From an uncultured Spirochaetota bacterium (GTDB lineage Bacteria > Spirochaetota > Spirochaetia > SZUA-6 > Fen-1364): a DNA stretch of 64,000 nt. This document shows, in pieces, positions 9,729 to 19,348 of the stretch. Numbering within the stretch: the first letter of the stretch is position 1; each line of letters begins with the position of its first letter. The position numbers and the translations under genes were made by a program. The stretch spans positions 800,001 through 864,000 of the forward strand of contig CAVTHO010000008.1 of assembly GCA_963734545.1 (NCBI GenBank), read 5' to 3'. The notes beneath the pieces were generated by a model that did no database searches, was not told the origin of the DNA, and saw only the letters and a program-made list of their open reading frames with translations.

Positions 9729-9796
9729 CGCAGTGACGAGTGTACGGAAAAGCCGTCTCGATTGACAACCGGAAACGGATATGTTAAAGCCGCTCC
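9729..9796. promoter_or_regulatory. Overlapping divergent sigma70 promoters for cydDC and cydAB
   Basis: Plus strand: TTGACA(9762)-17bp-TAAAGC with TGn, 6 nt before the cydA ATG. Minus strand: TTGTCA-18bp-TACACT upstream of cydD. Confidence 0.6.
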
Positions 9797-11102
9797 ATGG
9801 GCGTCGAGGCACTCTCCCGGATACAGTTCGCCACCGTTGCCATCTTCCATTTCCTGTTCGTCCCCCTGACCCTGGGTCTCAGCGTGCTGGTGGCTTTCAT
9901 GGAAACACGCTACGCGCGGACCGGGGACGAAACCTGGCTGCGCATGACGAGGTACTGGAGCAGGCTGCTGCTCATCAACTTCGCCGTGGGCGTGGTCACC
10001 GGTCTCACGCTGGAGTTCCAGTTCGGAATGAACTGGGCGGAATACTCGAAGTTCGTCGGTGACATCTTCGGCGCGCCCCTTGCCATCGAGGCAACGGTGG
10101 CGTTCTTCCTGGAGTCCACCTTCATCGGCCTGTGGGTGTTCAGCTGGAAGAGGGTTTCCCGGGGCACCCATGCGGCGATCATGTGGGTGGTCGCGTCGGC
10201 CAGCACGTTTTCCGCATTGTGGATCCTGCTGGCCAACGGATGGATGCAGAAGCCGCGCGGCTATGTCCTGGCGGGCGGCAAGGCCCAGCTGGTGGACTTC
10301 GGCGCCCTCATCTGGAACCCGTACGCGTGGATCAAGTTCTTCCACGTGATCACGGCCGCGTACACTTTGAGCGCATTCTTCATCATGGGGATCTCCGCGG
10401 TCAATCTCCTCCGCGGGAGGAATCCCCAGTTGTTCAAGAAGTCTTTCCGGCTCGCCGCCACATTCGCCGTGGCTTCCTCGGTCCTGATCGTCGTGGCCGG
10501 GGACCTCTCGGGAGTGCAGGTGGCGAAGTTCCAGCCGACGAAGCTCGCCGCCATTGAATCGCAGTGGAAGACAGAGACCGGCGCCCCCTTCTATCTGCTC
10601 CAGTTCCCCGACCCCGGGGCACAGCGCAACATCGTCGAAGCGCTGCCGATCGCCAAGGGACTCAGCTTTCTCGCCTACCACGACGTCAACGCCACGGTGA
10701 AGGGGCTCGAGGAGTTCCCCCGGCGAGCGGCCCCCGGTGATGGTGAGCTTCGTCGGATTCCGCCTGATGGTGGCCCTGGGTTTCCTCTTCGTGCTGCTGG
10801 CGGTGGTCTCCGCCGTTCTCTCGTGGACGGACAGGCTCGCATCGAAACGCTGGTTTCTCTGGATCATGACGGTGGCCCTGATCCTGCCCTACCTGGCCAG
10901 CGAGCTGGGGTGGATCGTCGCGGAGATCGGCCGGCAGCCGTGGATCGTGTATGGGCTGCTCAAGACGGCGGACGCGGCATCGCGCTCCATCACGCCGGGC
11001 GACGTCCTGGGCTCGCTCATCTGCTTCCTCGTCATCTACAGCGCCCTTGCCGCCGTGGACGTTTTCCTGCTCGCCAGGTACGCCCGCAGGACTGAGGACT
11101 GA
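9797..11102 (+). CDS. cydA: Cytochrome bd ubiquinol oxidase subunit I (frameshift at C-run 10717-10721, probably a sequencing error)
   Basis: FHFLFVPLT, EFQFGMNW, QPTKLAAIE, then FRLMVALG and EIGRQPWIVY in the next frame; short Q-loop. Confidence 0.92.
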
Positions 11103-11113
11103 GGAGGGAAGGA

Positions 11114-12142
11114 ATGGCGCTGCAAACGCTCTGGTTCGTCCTGTGGGGTATCCTGTGGGCCGTCTATTTCATGCTGGACGGCTTCGACTTCGGCGCGTGC
11201 ATGCTGCGCAACTTCCTCGCCCGTGACGAGCTGGACAGGAAAGTCGCGCTGGCCGCCATCGGTCCGGTGTGGGACGGCAACGAAGTCTGGCTCATCACGG
11301 CCGGGGGCGCCACCTTCGCCGCCTTTCCCGCCACCTACGCGTCGATGTTCAGCTTCCTCTACCTTCCCATGCTGCTGATCCTCTTCTCCCTCATCGCGCG
11401 CGGCGCGGCCATCGAGCTGCGCGGCAAGCATGACGCGCCGAAGTGGCGGTCCGTGTGGGACTGGGTGCTGGCCGTCTCCAGCTTCACGGCGCCGCTGGTG
11501 CTGGGGCTGGGGTTCGGCAACATATTCAAGGGCCTGCCCATCGACCTTGCCGGGTATCGGGGAAGCTTCTTCATGCTCTTCAATCCGTACGGCCTGCTCA
11601 CGGCGCTTCTCTTCGTGCTCCTGTTTCTCCAGCACGGCGCCCTCTGGCTCAGGTATAAAACGGACGGAGAGCTGGGCGAGCGGGCAGGCAGGCTCGTGGG
11701 GGTCCTCTGGTTCCTCGTTTTGGCTGCTGCCGCGGCATTCCTCGTGCTGAGCGGATTCGCGACACGGCTGTATGACAACTACCTGGCCCGGCCGTTCTGG
11801 ATCGTTGTGCCTGTTCTGGCTGTCGCGGCCCTGCTCGGGGTGCGGATCCTTCACTCCCGGGCGCGGCCCCTCGGCGCCTTTGGCGCTTCCTGCGCGACGA
11901 TCGTGCTCGTGATTGCCACGGGGCTCATCGGCTTGTTCCCCAATCTCATCCCATCGAGCCTCGATTCAGCGGCGAGCCTCACGATCTACAACTCCTCATC
12001 GGGTCCATATACGCTGAAGCTCATGAGCATCGTCGCCGGGATCTTTGTTCCCCTCGTCATCGTCTACCAGTTCCTCGTGTTCAGATTCTTCCGGGCAAAA
12101 GTCACGCGAACCCAGGTGGGCGGAGAAGCCGAAGGATATTGA
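11114..12142 (+). CDS. cydB: Cytochrome bd ubiquinol oxidase subunit II
   Basis: LDGFDFG, IGPVWDGNEVWL and FAAFP motifs; GGAGG RBS. Confidence 0.95.
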   Translation: MALQTLWFVLWGILWAVYFMLDGFDFGACMLRNFLARDELDRKVALAAIGPVWDGNEVWLITAGGATFAAFPATYASMFSFLYLPMLLILFSLIARGAAIELRGKHDAPKWRSVWDWVLAVSSFTAPLVLGLGFGNIFKGLPIDLAGYRGSFFMLFNPYGLLTALLFVLLFLQHGALWLRYKTDGELGERAGRLVGVLWFLVLAAAAAFLVLSGFATRLYDNYLARPFWIVVPVLAVAALLGVRILHSRARPLGAFGASCATIVLVIATGLIGLFPNLIPSSLDSAASLTIYNSSSGPYTLKLMSIVAGIFVPLVIVYQFLVFRFFRAKVTRTQVGGEAEGY

Positions 12143-13385
12143 CGAGCCTTGAGATCGTGAAGTGCGGGCGCAGGTAATGGCTCACCGTCACGGCAAGGAT
12201 CCGCTCGTCTTCGGTCACACCCAGCGCAGCGACGCTTGCCGGGCCGCCCGCTGCCTGGAGCAGCTCCGCGATACGCGCAGGCCCGGGAACCTGCCGGGCG
12301 ATTTCCTGGATTTCTCCCCAGCGGTCCTGGATCCTCTGTTTCAGCCGTCCGTAGTCCTGCTCGCTCATGTCCAGGTACGAGGCCTGGGAAGCGATGATGT
12401 CCGCGGCAAGGGATCCATAGGCTGAGCGAATGCGCTGCATCTCCTCTTCGCGCCCGGGCAGGCGGGAGTCCTTCAACAGGGCCACTGCCTGCTCCCGTGA
12501 AATCCGGCCTATCCGTTCGTAAAGCTCGGCCACGAGGATCGTCGCGACGCCGACCTTTGCGCCGTGCAGGATCGCAGGCCTGCCCTCCCTCAGCAGCTTC
12601 ATCTCCCAGTAATGGGAATAGTGGTGCTCGGATCCGGAGGCAGGCAGGGAGTTGCCGAAATCCAGCATGCAGAACCCCGACTCGATCAAGGCCTCCATGA
12701 GGCTCCGCACGCCGTCCGCGGAAGCAGCCGCGATCTCTCCCGCCTGCTCCTCGCACGCCCGCACGGCGCGGAGCGACCTCCCCGCGATGGATTCGTCGTA
12801 CGGTTCGTCCCGTAGAAGGTGGGCCAGCCGCCAGTCCGCGACCGAGGTGTGCTTGCCCAGCATGTCGCCGAAGCCCGCCGCGATCATCTGCTGCGGAGCC
12901 GAAGACAGGACAGCGAGGTCGGCGAATATGGCGAGGGGCGCGTGGGCATTCGCGGTCGTCTTCACCCCGTCGACGATCAGCGGCGCCCCGATGGATGTAT
13001 ATCCGTCAACCGAGGGCGCCGATGGGATGGAAATGAACGGGCAGCCGGTCCTGTGACTGACGAACCGCACGATGTCGGTGATCGTCCCCGAGCCGACGGC
13101 GAGAAATGTCAGGTCGGCCCCACCGGAGGCGAGCAGGACGCGAAGCACGTGTGGGGCGTCCGCAACCACCTCGCCGCCGGTGAACACGATCTTCCTCACC
13201 TCGCAGCCGATCCCGCGCAGCGCTCTCTCCACCGTCTCCCCGGCCGCCCGATACGTGTGCGCGTCCGCGACCAGCAGAAGCCGACGGCGTCCGGTCTCCC
13301 GGCAGTATTGCGTCAGGCGCGGGATGGCGTCCGTGCCAATGACGATCAGGGGTCTCTGCGCGCCGGTGTGAACGTGCTCTGGCAT
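12102..13385 (-). CDS. araM: sn-glycerol-1-phosphate dehydrogenase (AraM/EgsA family)
   Basis: AVGSGTITDI, PSAPSVDGYTS, AGFGDMLGK, PASGSEHHYSHYWEM and LHGAKVG motifs; AGGAG RBS. Confidence 0.88.
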   Translation of the reverse strand: MPEHVHTGAQRPLIVIGTDAIPRLTQYCRETGRRRLLLVADAHTYRAAGETVERALRGIGCEVRKIVFTGGEVVADAPHVLRVLLASGGADLTFLAVGSGTITDIVRFVSHRTGCPFISIPSAPSVDGYTSIGAPLIVDGVKTTANAHAPLAIFADLAVLSSAPQQMIAAGFGDMLGKHTSVADWRLAHLLRDEPYDESIAGRSLRAVRACEEQAGEIAAASADGVRSLMEALIESGFCMLDFGNSLPASGSEHHYSHYWEMKLLREGRPAILHGAKVGVATILVAELYERIGRISREQAVALLKDSRLPGREEEMQRIRSAYGSLAADIIASQASYLDMSEQDYGRLKQRIQDRWGEIQEIARQVPGPARIAELLQAAGGPASVAALGVTEDERILAVTVSHYLRPHFTISRLVNILRLLRPPGFA

Positions 13386-13443
13386 CTCCTGGGCTCCGAC
13401 GGATGGTACCTCAACCCGCCGGATTGTTGCTATAGTCGTTCCC

Positions 13444-14574
13444 GTGGACACGGTAGACGTTCTCATCATCGGCGCAGGCGTGATCGGCCTGGCCATCGCT
13501 GAACGGCTGGCCGATCCGTCACGGGAGATCGTGGTCGTGGAAATGCATGACGGGTTCGGCCGGGAGACTTCCTCCCGCAACAGCGAGGTCATCCACTGCG
13601 GCATGTACTACGCGGAAGACCTGCTCAAGACCCGGCTGTGCGTGCGGGGCAATCCGCTCCTGTACGAGCTCTGCGCGCGCCAGGGAATCCCACACCGCAG
13701 GACCGGCAAGATCGTGGTCGCCACTGATGAGAAAGAGGCGGCTACGCTGCAACGGCTCTTCGCCCAGGGAAAGAAGAACGGCGTCGACGGCCTGCGACTG
13801 ATCGACAGCAGGGAGATAGAGGCCCGGGAGCCGCATGTACGCGGGATCCTCGGATTGCACAGTCGTGACAGCGGAATCATCGACAGTCATCGGCTGATGG
13901 AGTACCTCGCGCACGCCGCGGTCTCCCGGGGAGCGACACTGGCGTACAATTGCGAAGTCACCGGGATTCACAGGAATGGAGGAGGCTATTCGGTCGAGGT
14001 GCGGGAGGCCAACGGCGCGCTCACCACCCTGATGACGGCCTGCGTGATCAATTGCGCCGGTCTTCACGCGGACCGGATTGCCGCTCTGGCCGGGATCGAC
14101 GTCGAGGAGGCAGGATACCGCATCCGTCCCTGCAAGGGAGAGTATTTTCGCGTGTCCTCACGGCACAATGGCAGGCTCCATACCCTGGTGTATCCTGTTC
14201 CTTCATCTGTTCACCTCGGGGCGCACGCCGTCCTCGGCCTGGACGACAGCCTGAAGATAGGTCCGAGCTCTTTCTACGTTGACGCGCTTGACTACGCGGT
14301 GGACCCTGCCCACCGGTCGGTTTTCCACCGGAAGGCCCACCGTTTCCTTCCCTTCCTGGAGCTGGATGACCTGTCCCCGGACATGTCGGGAATCCGGCCG
14401 AAGCTGTACCGGCAGGGAGAGCCCTTCAAGGATTTCGTAATCCGCGAGGAGGGCGACCGCGGGCTTCCGGGGCTCGTCAATCTGGTCGGCATGGAATCTC
14501 CCGGCCTGACCGCGTGCCTGGCCATCGCGGAAAACGTGGAACGTCTTCTCCAAGGAGGGCCTGCACTCGTATGA
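13444..14574 (+). CDS. FAD-dependent oxidoreductase, LhgO (L-2-hydroxyglutarate oxidase)/GlpA-like
   Basis: GAGVIG, ETSSRNSEVIHCG, KGEYF, SGIRPK and GMESPGLT motifs. Confidence 0.85.
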   Translation: MDTVDVLIIGAGVIGLAIAERLADPSREIVVVEMHDGFGRETSSRNSEVIHCGMYYAEDLLKTRLCVRGNPLLYELCARQGIPHRRTGKIVVATDEKEAATLQRLFAQGKKNGVDGLRLIDSREIEAREPHVRGILGLHSRDSGIIDSHRLMEYLAHAAVSRGATLAYNCEVTGIHRNGGGYSVEVREANGALTTLMTACVINCAGLHADRIAALAGIDVEEAGYRIRPCKGEYFRVSSRHNGRLHTLVYPVPSSVHLGAHAVLGLDDSLKIGPSSFYVDALDYAVDPAHRSVFHRKAHRFLPFLELDDLSPDMSGIRPKLYRQGEPFKDFVIREEGDRGLPGLVNLVGMESPGLTACLAIAENVERLLQGGPALV

Positions 14575-15371
14575 GTAGATCTCAACGCAAGGCAGGGGCG
14601 CTCGTGGATCACAATCCCGACGAGGCCTCGCGCACCGCAAAGCGCTCCGCACGGGTGCTGGGCAACGAGGCTTTCGGCTCGGTGGTCCTGAGCACCGTGG
14701 CCGGCTACGTCGACACGGCCGGCTACCTGGCGCTCTTCGGGCTTTTCACCGCACACGTCACGGGGGACCTGATCACGGCCGCCGCCACCATGGCCACCGG
14801 TCCCAATCTCGGGGCAGGCATACGCCTGGCCATGATTCCGATCTTCATGGTGACCGTCGCCGCAATTACGCTCTTCGCGCGGGGCATCAGGCGTCGGGGC
14901 GCCGCGACGCTCGCACCGCTGCTCAGCCTGATGACGATCGCGCTCGCCCTTTTCTGCGCGGCCGGGGTGTACATCCGGCCGTACGCGAGAAACCCCAACG
15001 CGTGGGGTGTCGCCGTCATTGGAGGTCTCGGTGTCGCCGCCATGGGGATCCAGAACGCATTGATGCGCGGCGCGCTGAAGAGCTTCTCCCAGACCACGCT
15101 CATGACGGGCAACCTGACGCAGTTCACGATCGATTTCGTCGAGTTCGTCTTTCCCGCCGCGCGCGACGATGCGCGGGAACGCGCGCGCGTCCGGCGCGAA
15201 TCGGCCCGGCATGCAAGGAAATCCGGCATCCCGCTCCTGGGCTTCATGGTCGGGGCTGCCCTGGGCGCGTGGCTGACGAAGCGCTACGGGCTCCTGTGCA
15301 TCGCCTTGCCGACAGGCGTGGTCGCCATCCTGAGCATCATTGCCTGGGCACGCTCGGGCAGACGCGGCTAG
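14571..15371 (+). CDS. YoaK/DUF1275 family membrane protein
   Basis: AGYVDTAGYL..FTAHVTGD, AMGIQN and TTLMTGNLT motifs. Confidence 0.85.
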   Translation: MSRSQRKAGALVDHNPDEASRTAKRSARVLGNEAFGSVVLSTVAGYVDTAGYLALFGLFTAHVTGDLITAAATMATGPNLGAGIRLAMIPIFMVTVAAITLFARGIRRRGAATLAPLLSLMTIALALFCAAGVYIRPYARNPNAWGVAVIGGLGVAAMGIQNALMRGALKSFSQTTLMTGNLTQFTIDFVEFVFPAARDDARERARVRRESARHARKSGIPLLGFMVGAALGAWLTKRYGLLCIALPTGVVAILSIIAWARSGRRG

Positions 15372-16759
15372 AACGAGACTTTTGCCCCCAGGGTCACGAA
15401 AAACATGTTGTTGCGCAGGGCACCGCTGCTCGTCGGAGAGATCGTGTATTCCGTGTTGTTCGGTCCGAGATACGAGCCGAGCTGCAGGGAAAGCTCGAAA
15501 TTGTTGACAGGGTCATATGCGAGACCGATCATCGCGATGCCGGACAGGTCGGACAGATTGCTCAGTCCGCTCACGCTCAGTGTCATATCGCTGAGGATGA
15601 ACTTGTTCACGGTCACGAAGAGCGCCGCGTAGTATTTCCCGTAGTAACCCGGCTGAAAGTAGCCATTCAGGAACGTGGCGAGCCCTGCGGAACCGAGCTC
15701 CTGGAACATGTGCGCGTCGTATCCGGCGCCGTTGTAGAAGAACTCGACATTCACCGAGATCCGATCCTGCACGTCGAACGCATCGAATGTCCGGGACAGC
15801 CCCACGTCCACCTTCGGAACAACCTGGTTGCGAATGGAGGTGGCGGTCACGCCGTCCACGTCCAGCCTCTTCTGATTGTCTCCCCACGAGAGGCTCGCCT
15901 CAGCCGTGAGATTCATGCTCCAGAAGAACGGTGCCGTCAGGTCGACCCCCCAGACGGGGAGCTTCCCCGACTTGAGCCAGCCGGAAAAGCCGAACTCGTA
16001 TGAGCCGACGAGAAACTCGGTGCGCGCGGCGAACGCGAGGTCGGTGATGTCCTGGATCGCATTGAGGTTGAGGAACGTGTAGAGGTGGAACTCCCGGGCA
16101 AAGACCACGTCGGACCGAAGACCGAAGACCCCTTCGCGCAGAGCGGTAAGGTTGGTGAAGCTCTTGTGCTCGATATTGATCAGGTCCGTGGGATTCCAGA
16201 AGTAGCCCGTTCCCCACTGGAGCACCTGCTTGCCTGCCCGGAAGTACACGGTGTTGGCCGCATTGAAGTCGACGAAGATCTCCTTCACGCCCAGGAGCGT
16301 GGTCTGGTCCTCGGAGAGGACGAACGGCGCAGGCGGCGCCGGCGGCGCAAACAGCGTGAAGTTGTGGATGACCGGTGTGCCGGCAGTCAGGTAGCCCAGA
16401 TTGAGGTCCACGAAGGCCCGAAAGCTCTTCTTCAGCCGCACGTCGACCAGGAAGTCCCCCATCATCACATTGGAAAGGGTGTTGTCGCTTGCGCCGGTAT
16501 TCCCCTGCACGAAATCACGCGTCATGGTGTACGAGCCTGTGGCCTGCAGAATTCCCGAAAGCCCCACCCGCTCCTTCTCGATGTCCTCCACGATGTTCTT
16601 TTTCTCCGCTGTCCCCTGAGTGGCCTCCACCGTGGAGGAGCCGAAGAACTCGTCTTCACCCGCGCTCGCGCCTGCAGGCGCCGCGGTTTCACTCTGGGCA
16701 AAGAGGCCGGGAGAGAGAAGGAGCGCGGCCAGCAGGCCGAGCGTGCAACGTTTCAGCAT
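15368..16759 (-). CDS. Putative outer-membrane beta-barrel protein
   Basis: Signal peptide, RAGKQVLQWGTGYFWNPTD motif, alternating beta pattern and C-terminal Phe (GAKVSF). Confidence 0.75.
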   Translation of the reverse strand: MLKRCTLGLLAALLLSPGLFAQSETAAPAGASAGEDEFFGSSTVEATQGTAEKKNIVEDIEKERVGLSGILQATGSYTMTRDFVQGNTGASDNTLSNVMMGDFLVDVRLKKSFRAFVDLNLGYLTAGTPVIHNFTLFAPPAPPAPFVLSEDQTTLLGVKEIFVDFNAANTVYFRAGKQVLQWGTGYFWNPTDLINIEHKSFTNLTALREGVFGLRSDVVFAREFHLYTFLNLNAIQDITDLAFAARTEFLVGSYEFGFSGWLKSGKLPVWGVDLTAPFFWSMNLTAEASLSWGDNQKRLDVDGVTATSIRNQVVPKVDVGLSRTFDAFDVQDRISVNVEFFYNGAGYDAHMFQELGSAGLATFLNGYFQPGYYGKYYAALFVTVNKFILSDMTLSVSGLSNLSDLSGIAMIGLAYDPVNNFELSLQLGSYLGPNNTEYTISPTSSGALRNNMFFVTLGAKVSF

Positions 16760-16769
16760 GACAATCCCC

Positions 16770-17543
16770 TTACTTGCTCAGGCTTTCCAGATAGGACTTG
16801 TCGAACTTGTAGTCGTCAACCTTGCTGAAGGAAATGCCGGTGATTTCCAGCAGCGAGGTCTTCCCTTTTTCCACCTCGTCCGTGAATCTCTGCACAAGCG
16901 GAACATAGCGGCCATCGATCTCCTTGTATTGGGCGAAGAGATCCGTTTCCATGAGGGTTCCCGAGAGGGAGTAGGACTCGCGTTTGACCTCCAGGTACTT
17001 GTCCTGCGTCAGCCACATCACCAGCCGGGGGTATTTGACGTCATTGACCTTGGCCGTCACCTCGATCCGGTACACGGGGATCTTGCCGCCGCCGAGCGCC
17101 TGTATGGAAATGATCTCGTTGCCATTGGGGTCTATCGACGGCTTGTACAGCTCCTTGAACTTCCTCGTCTCGAAGTCGCCGGCAGTGGCGTTGGAGCCTC
17201 CGATCTTCTCGTCACGGCCGATGTGGGTGAAGGTGCGCGTGCTCCGCCGATACATCCACATGTTGTCTGCCACGCGCAGGTACCCATTGCCCCTCTCCGT
17301 TTCCGGGTCCGCCATGACGATGAGAAACGCGTCGTCCCGGTCCCGCCTGTACAGCACGCTCTGGATGACCTTGGTCCCCTGGTCGGGATCACGCGTGGTG
17401 ATGTTGGCCTGCGCGGTCATGTCGCTGCGGATCTCGTAGTTGGTATCGATGTAGTCGATGATCTGCTGGACAGACGGGGTTGCCCAGAGCGCCGGAGCCA
17501 GCAGGAGGAGGGCCAGGGCAGCCCCGAGGATACTCAGTTTCAT
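16770..17543 (-). CDS. Outer-membrane lipoprotein-sorting (LolA-like) protein
   Basis: Signal peptide, PETERGNGYLR..NMWMY, GSNATAGDF and YSLSGTLM motifs typical of LolA-like proteins in ABC operons. Confidence 0.8.
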   Translation of the reverse strand: MKLSILGAALALLLLAPALWATPSVQQIIDYIDTNYEIRSDMTAQANITTRDPDQGTKVIQSVLYRRDRDDAFLIVMADPETERGNGYLRVADNMWMYRRSTRTFTHIGRDEKIGGSNATAGDFETRKFKELYKPSIDPNGNEIISIQALGGGKIPVYRIEVTAKVNDVKYPRLVMWLTQDKYLEVKRESYSLSGTLMETDLFAQYKEIDGRYVPLVQRFTDEVEKGKTSLLEITGISFSKVDDYKFDKSYLESLSK

Positions 17544-17552
17544 GTCAGTCTC

Positions 17553-19334
17553 CTATTCAAAGTGCCGCAGCGCGTCCGCCACCCGGAGCTTCGATGCGCG
17601 GCGCGCGGTAAAGAACGCGATCAGGAAGGACACGATCACGATGATGAGGAAATTGCCGACCAGAGCCCCGACGGTCGGAACAAAGTACAGGTGCCTGTTC
17701 ACGAAGAACATGCTGAACGGGTTGTCCTTGAGGTCGAACGTGAGCGCGCCGAGCAGGGCCATGAGCCCGTAGGACAGCCCGATGCCCACGATGCACGCGA
17801 ACACGGCAAGAAAGACGATTTCCATGACAAAGACGGAACGGACATCGGACCGCTGCATGCCGATTGCCCGGTTGGTGCCGATCTCCCGGGTGCGCTCGCG
17901 GATGCTCATCCTCATGGTGTTCACGACCCCTATCAGGATCACGAAGAAGAGGATCAGGACGGCGACGATGGAGATCGTGTTCAGACCTCTCTGCAGATCG
18001 ACCACCATGCTGGCATTCTCGAACATGGTCTGGACGTCCACGCGCGACCCTTTCCACGCATCCCTGTTGAGGAGCCGCAGCTTCTGGGTCGCCTCGTCCG
18101 TCGTCTTGCTTCGCGCCAGCATCTCCCATTCAGGCAACAGGGCCTTGAAGAGAGGCGTGCCCTCGGCCGCCTTGGCGGGCTTCTTGGGGATGTTCCAGAA
18201 GTAGTTCTTGTAGAACGAGTCTTCATGCGCGAATGCGGTGGCATCGGCAAACGGTGTCACGGTTTTCACAATGCCCGTCACGACAAACTGCGCGTCGATA
18301 GGATCAGCGGCATCGAGGGAGACATAGCGATAGTCGATCCGGGTGCCGACATCCGCTCCAAGAGACCGGGCCAGGGGCTGTGTGAGAATGATTCCGGTCT
18401 TGTCCTTCAGGAGGTCCCTGATGTCGCCCTTCACGAACTTGAGATTGTCACGGGCAATGGCCAGGGCGTCGGGGCTGGTCTCCAGCCGCAGCGCAAACAC
18501 GTCGGCATTGGCCTGCCGCCCCTGCGCGCGAAGAACCGCCTTGACCCCGGCAGCTCCGGGGGCAAGCGCCTCCTGCAGCTTGTTGGCCTGCGCGATCACC
18601 TTCTGGGCATCCTGGGGATATTTCGTCACGATCTGGAGCCCGAGCGATTCGTTGGGCTTCATGTTGAGCTGTGCGCGGAGAGTATCCTGGTCCACGAAGG
18701 CAGCCATGTCCATGAACATGTTGGACGAGGGGATGAGCCCGACGACCTTGTACTTGGGCGCCTGCGCCTGTCCATAGACCGTCTGGAACCGCACGGTGAC
18801 AATGTCGTTCATCCCGACGTTCAGCTCGTTCGCCGCGTTCTTGTACAGCAATATGCCGGGAAAGACGTCCGGTTTGTAAATATCGCGCGGATGGCCGGAC
18901 TCAACTTGCGTATCGTCGTAGAATTCGGCGTTCCGGCTCATGCCCACAAGGGCCACGAGACCGGTCTTCCCGTTTCCGACTATCCGGCCGAACGCGCTCA
19001 CGTCCTGATCGATTGATTTGATCCCGTCCACGTTCTCCTTGATGGTCTTGATGAACCGATCAGTGTCCCTGATTACGTCGCTGCGCCGCGTGGTGTAGGT
19101 ATCCTGGATCACCTTGATGTGTCCGCTCATGTACACGAGCATCTTGTTGAAGAGGATGTCGGTGAGACCGCTCGTGAACGAGGAGGTGACCACCAGAATG
19201 CACATGCCGACGGCGATGCCCGCGGAGAGCAGCACGTTGCGCCGGAACTGCCGGACGAGATTGCGGAAAGCGATCTTGGAGACGACGCGCGCGCTTCGCA
19301 TTCGCGTCATGAAAAACCGTGCTATGCGTTTCAT
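17553..19334 (-). CDS. LolE/MacB-like ABC permease with enlarged periplasmic region
   Basis: KIAFRNL N-terminus, VNTMRMSIRERTREIGT.RAIG FtsX domain and C-terminal ADALRH. Confidence 0.88.
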   Translation of the reverse strand: MKRIARFFMTRMRSARVVSKIAFRNLVRQFRRNVLLSAGIAVGMCILVVTSSFTSGLTDILFNKMLVYMSGHIKVIQDTYTTRRSDVIRDTDRFIKTIKENVDGIKSIDQDVSAFGRIVGNGKTGLVALVGMSRNAEFYDDTQVESGHPRDIYKPDVFPGILLYKNAANELNVGMNDIVTVRFQTVYGQAQAPKYKVVGLIPSSNMFMDMAAFVDQDTLRAQLNMKPNESLGLQIVTKYPQDAQKVIAQANKLQEALAPGAAGVKAVLRAQGRQANADVFALRLETSPDALAIARDNLKFVKGDIRDLLKDKTGIILTQPLARSLGADVGTRIDYRYVSLDAADPIDAQFVVTGIVKTVTPFADATAFAHEDSFYKNYFWNIPKKPAKAAEGTPLFKALLPEWEMLARSKTTDEATQKLRLLNRDAWKGSRVDVQTMFENASMVVDLQRGLNTISIVAVLILFFVILIGVVNTMRMSIRERTREIGTNRAIGMQRSDVRSVFVMEIVFLAVFACIVGIGLSYGLMALLGALTFDLKDNPFSMFFVNRHLYFVPTVGALVGNFLIIVIVSFLIAFFTARRASKLRVADALRHFE

Positions 19335-19348
19335 TTCAGTTCCCTCGA

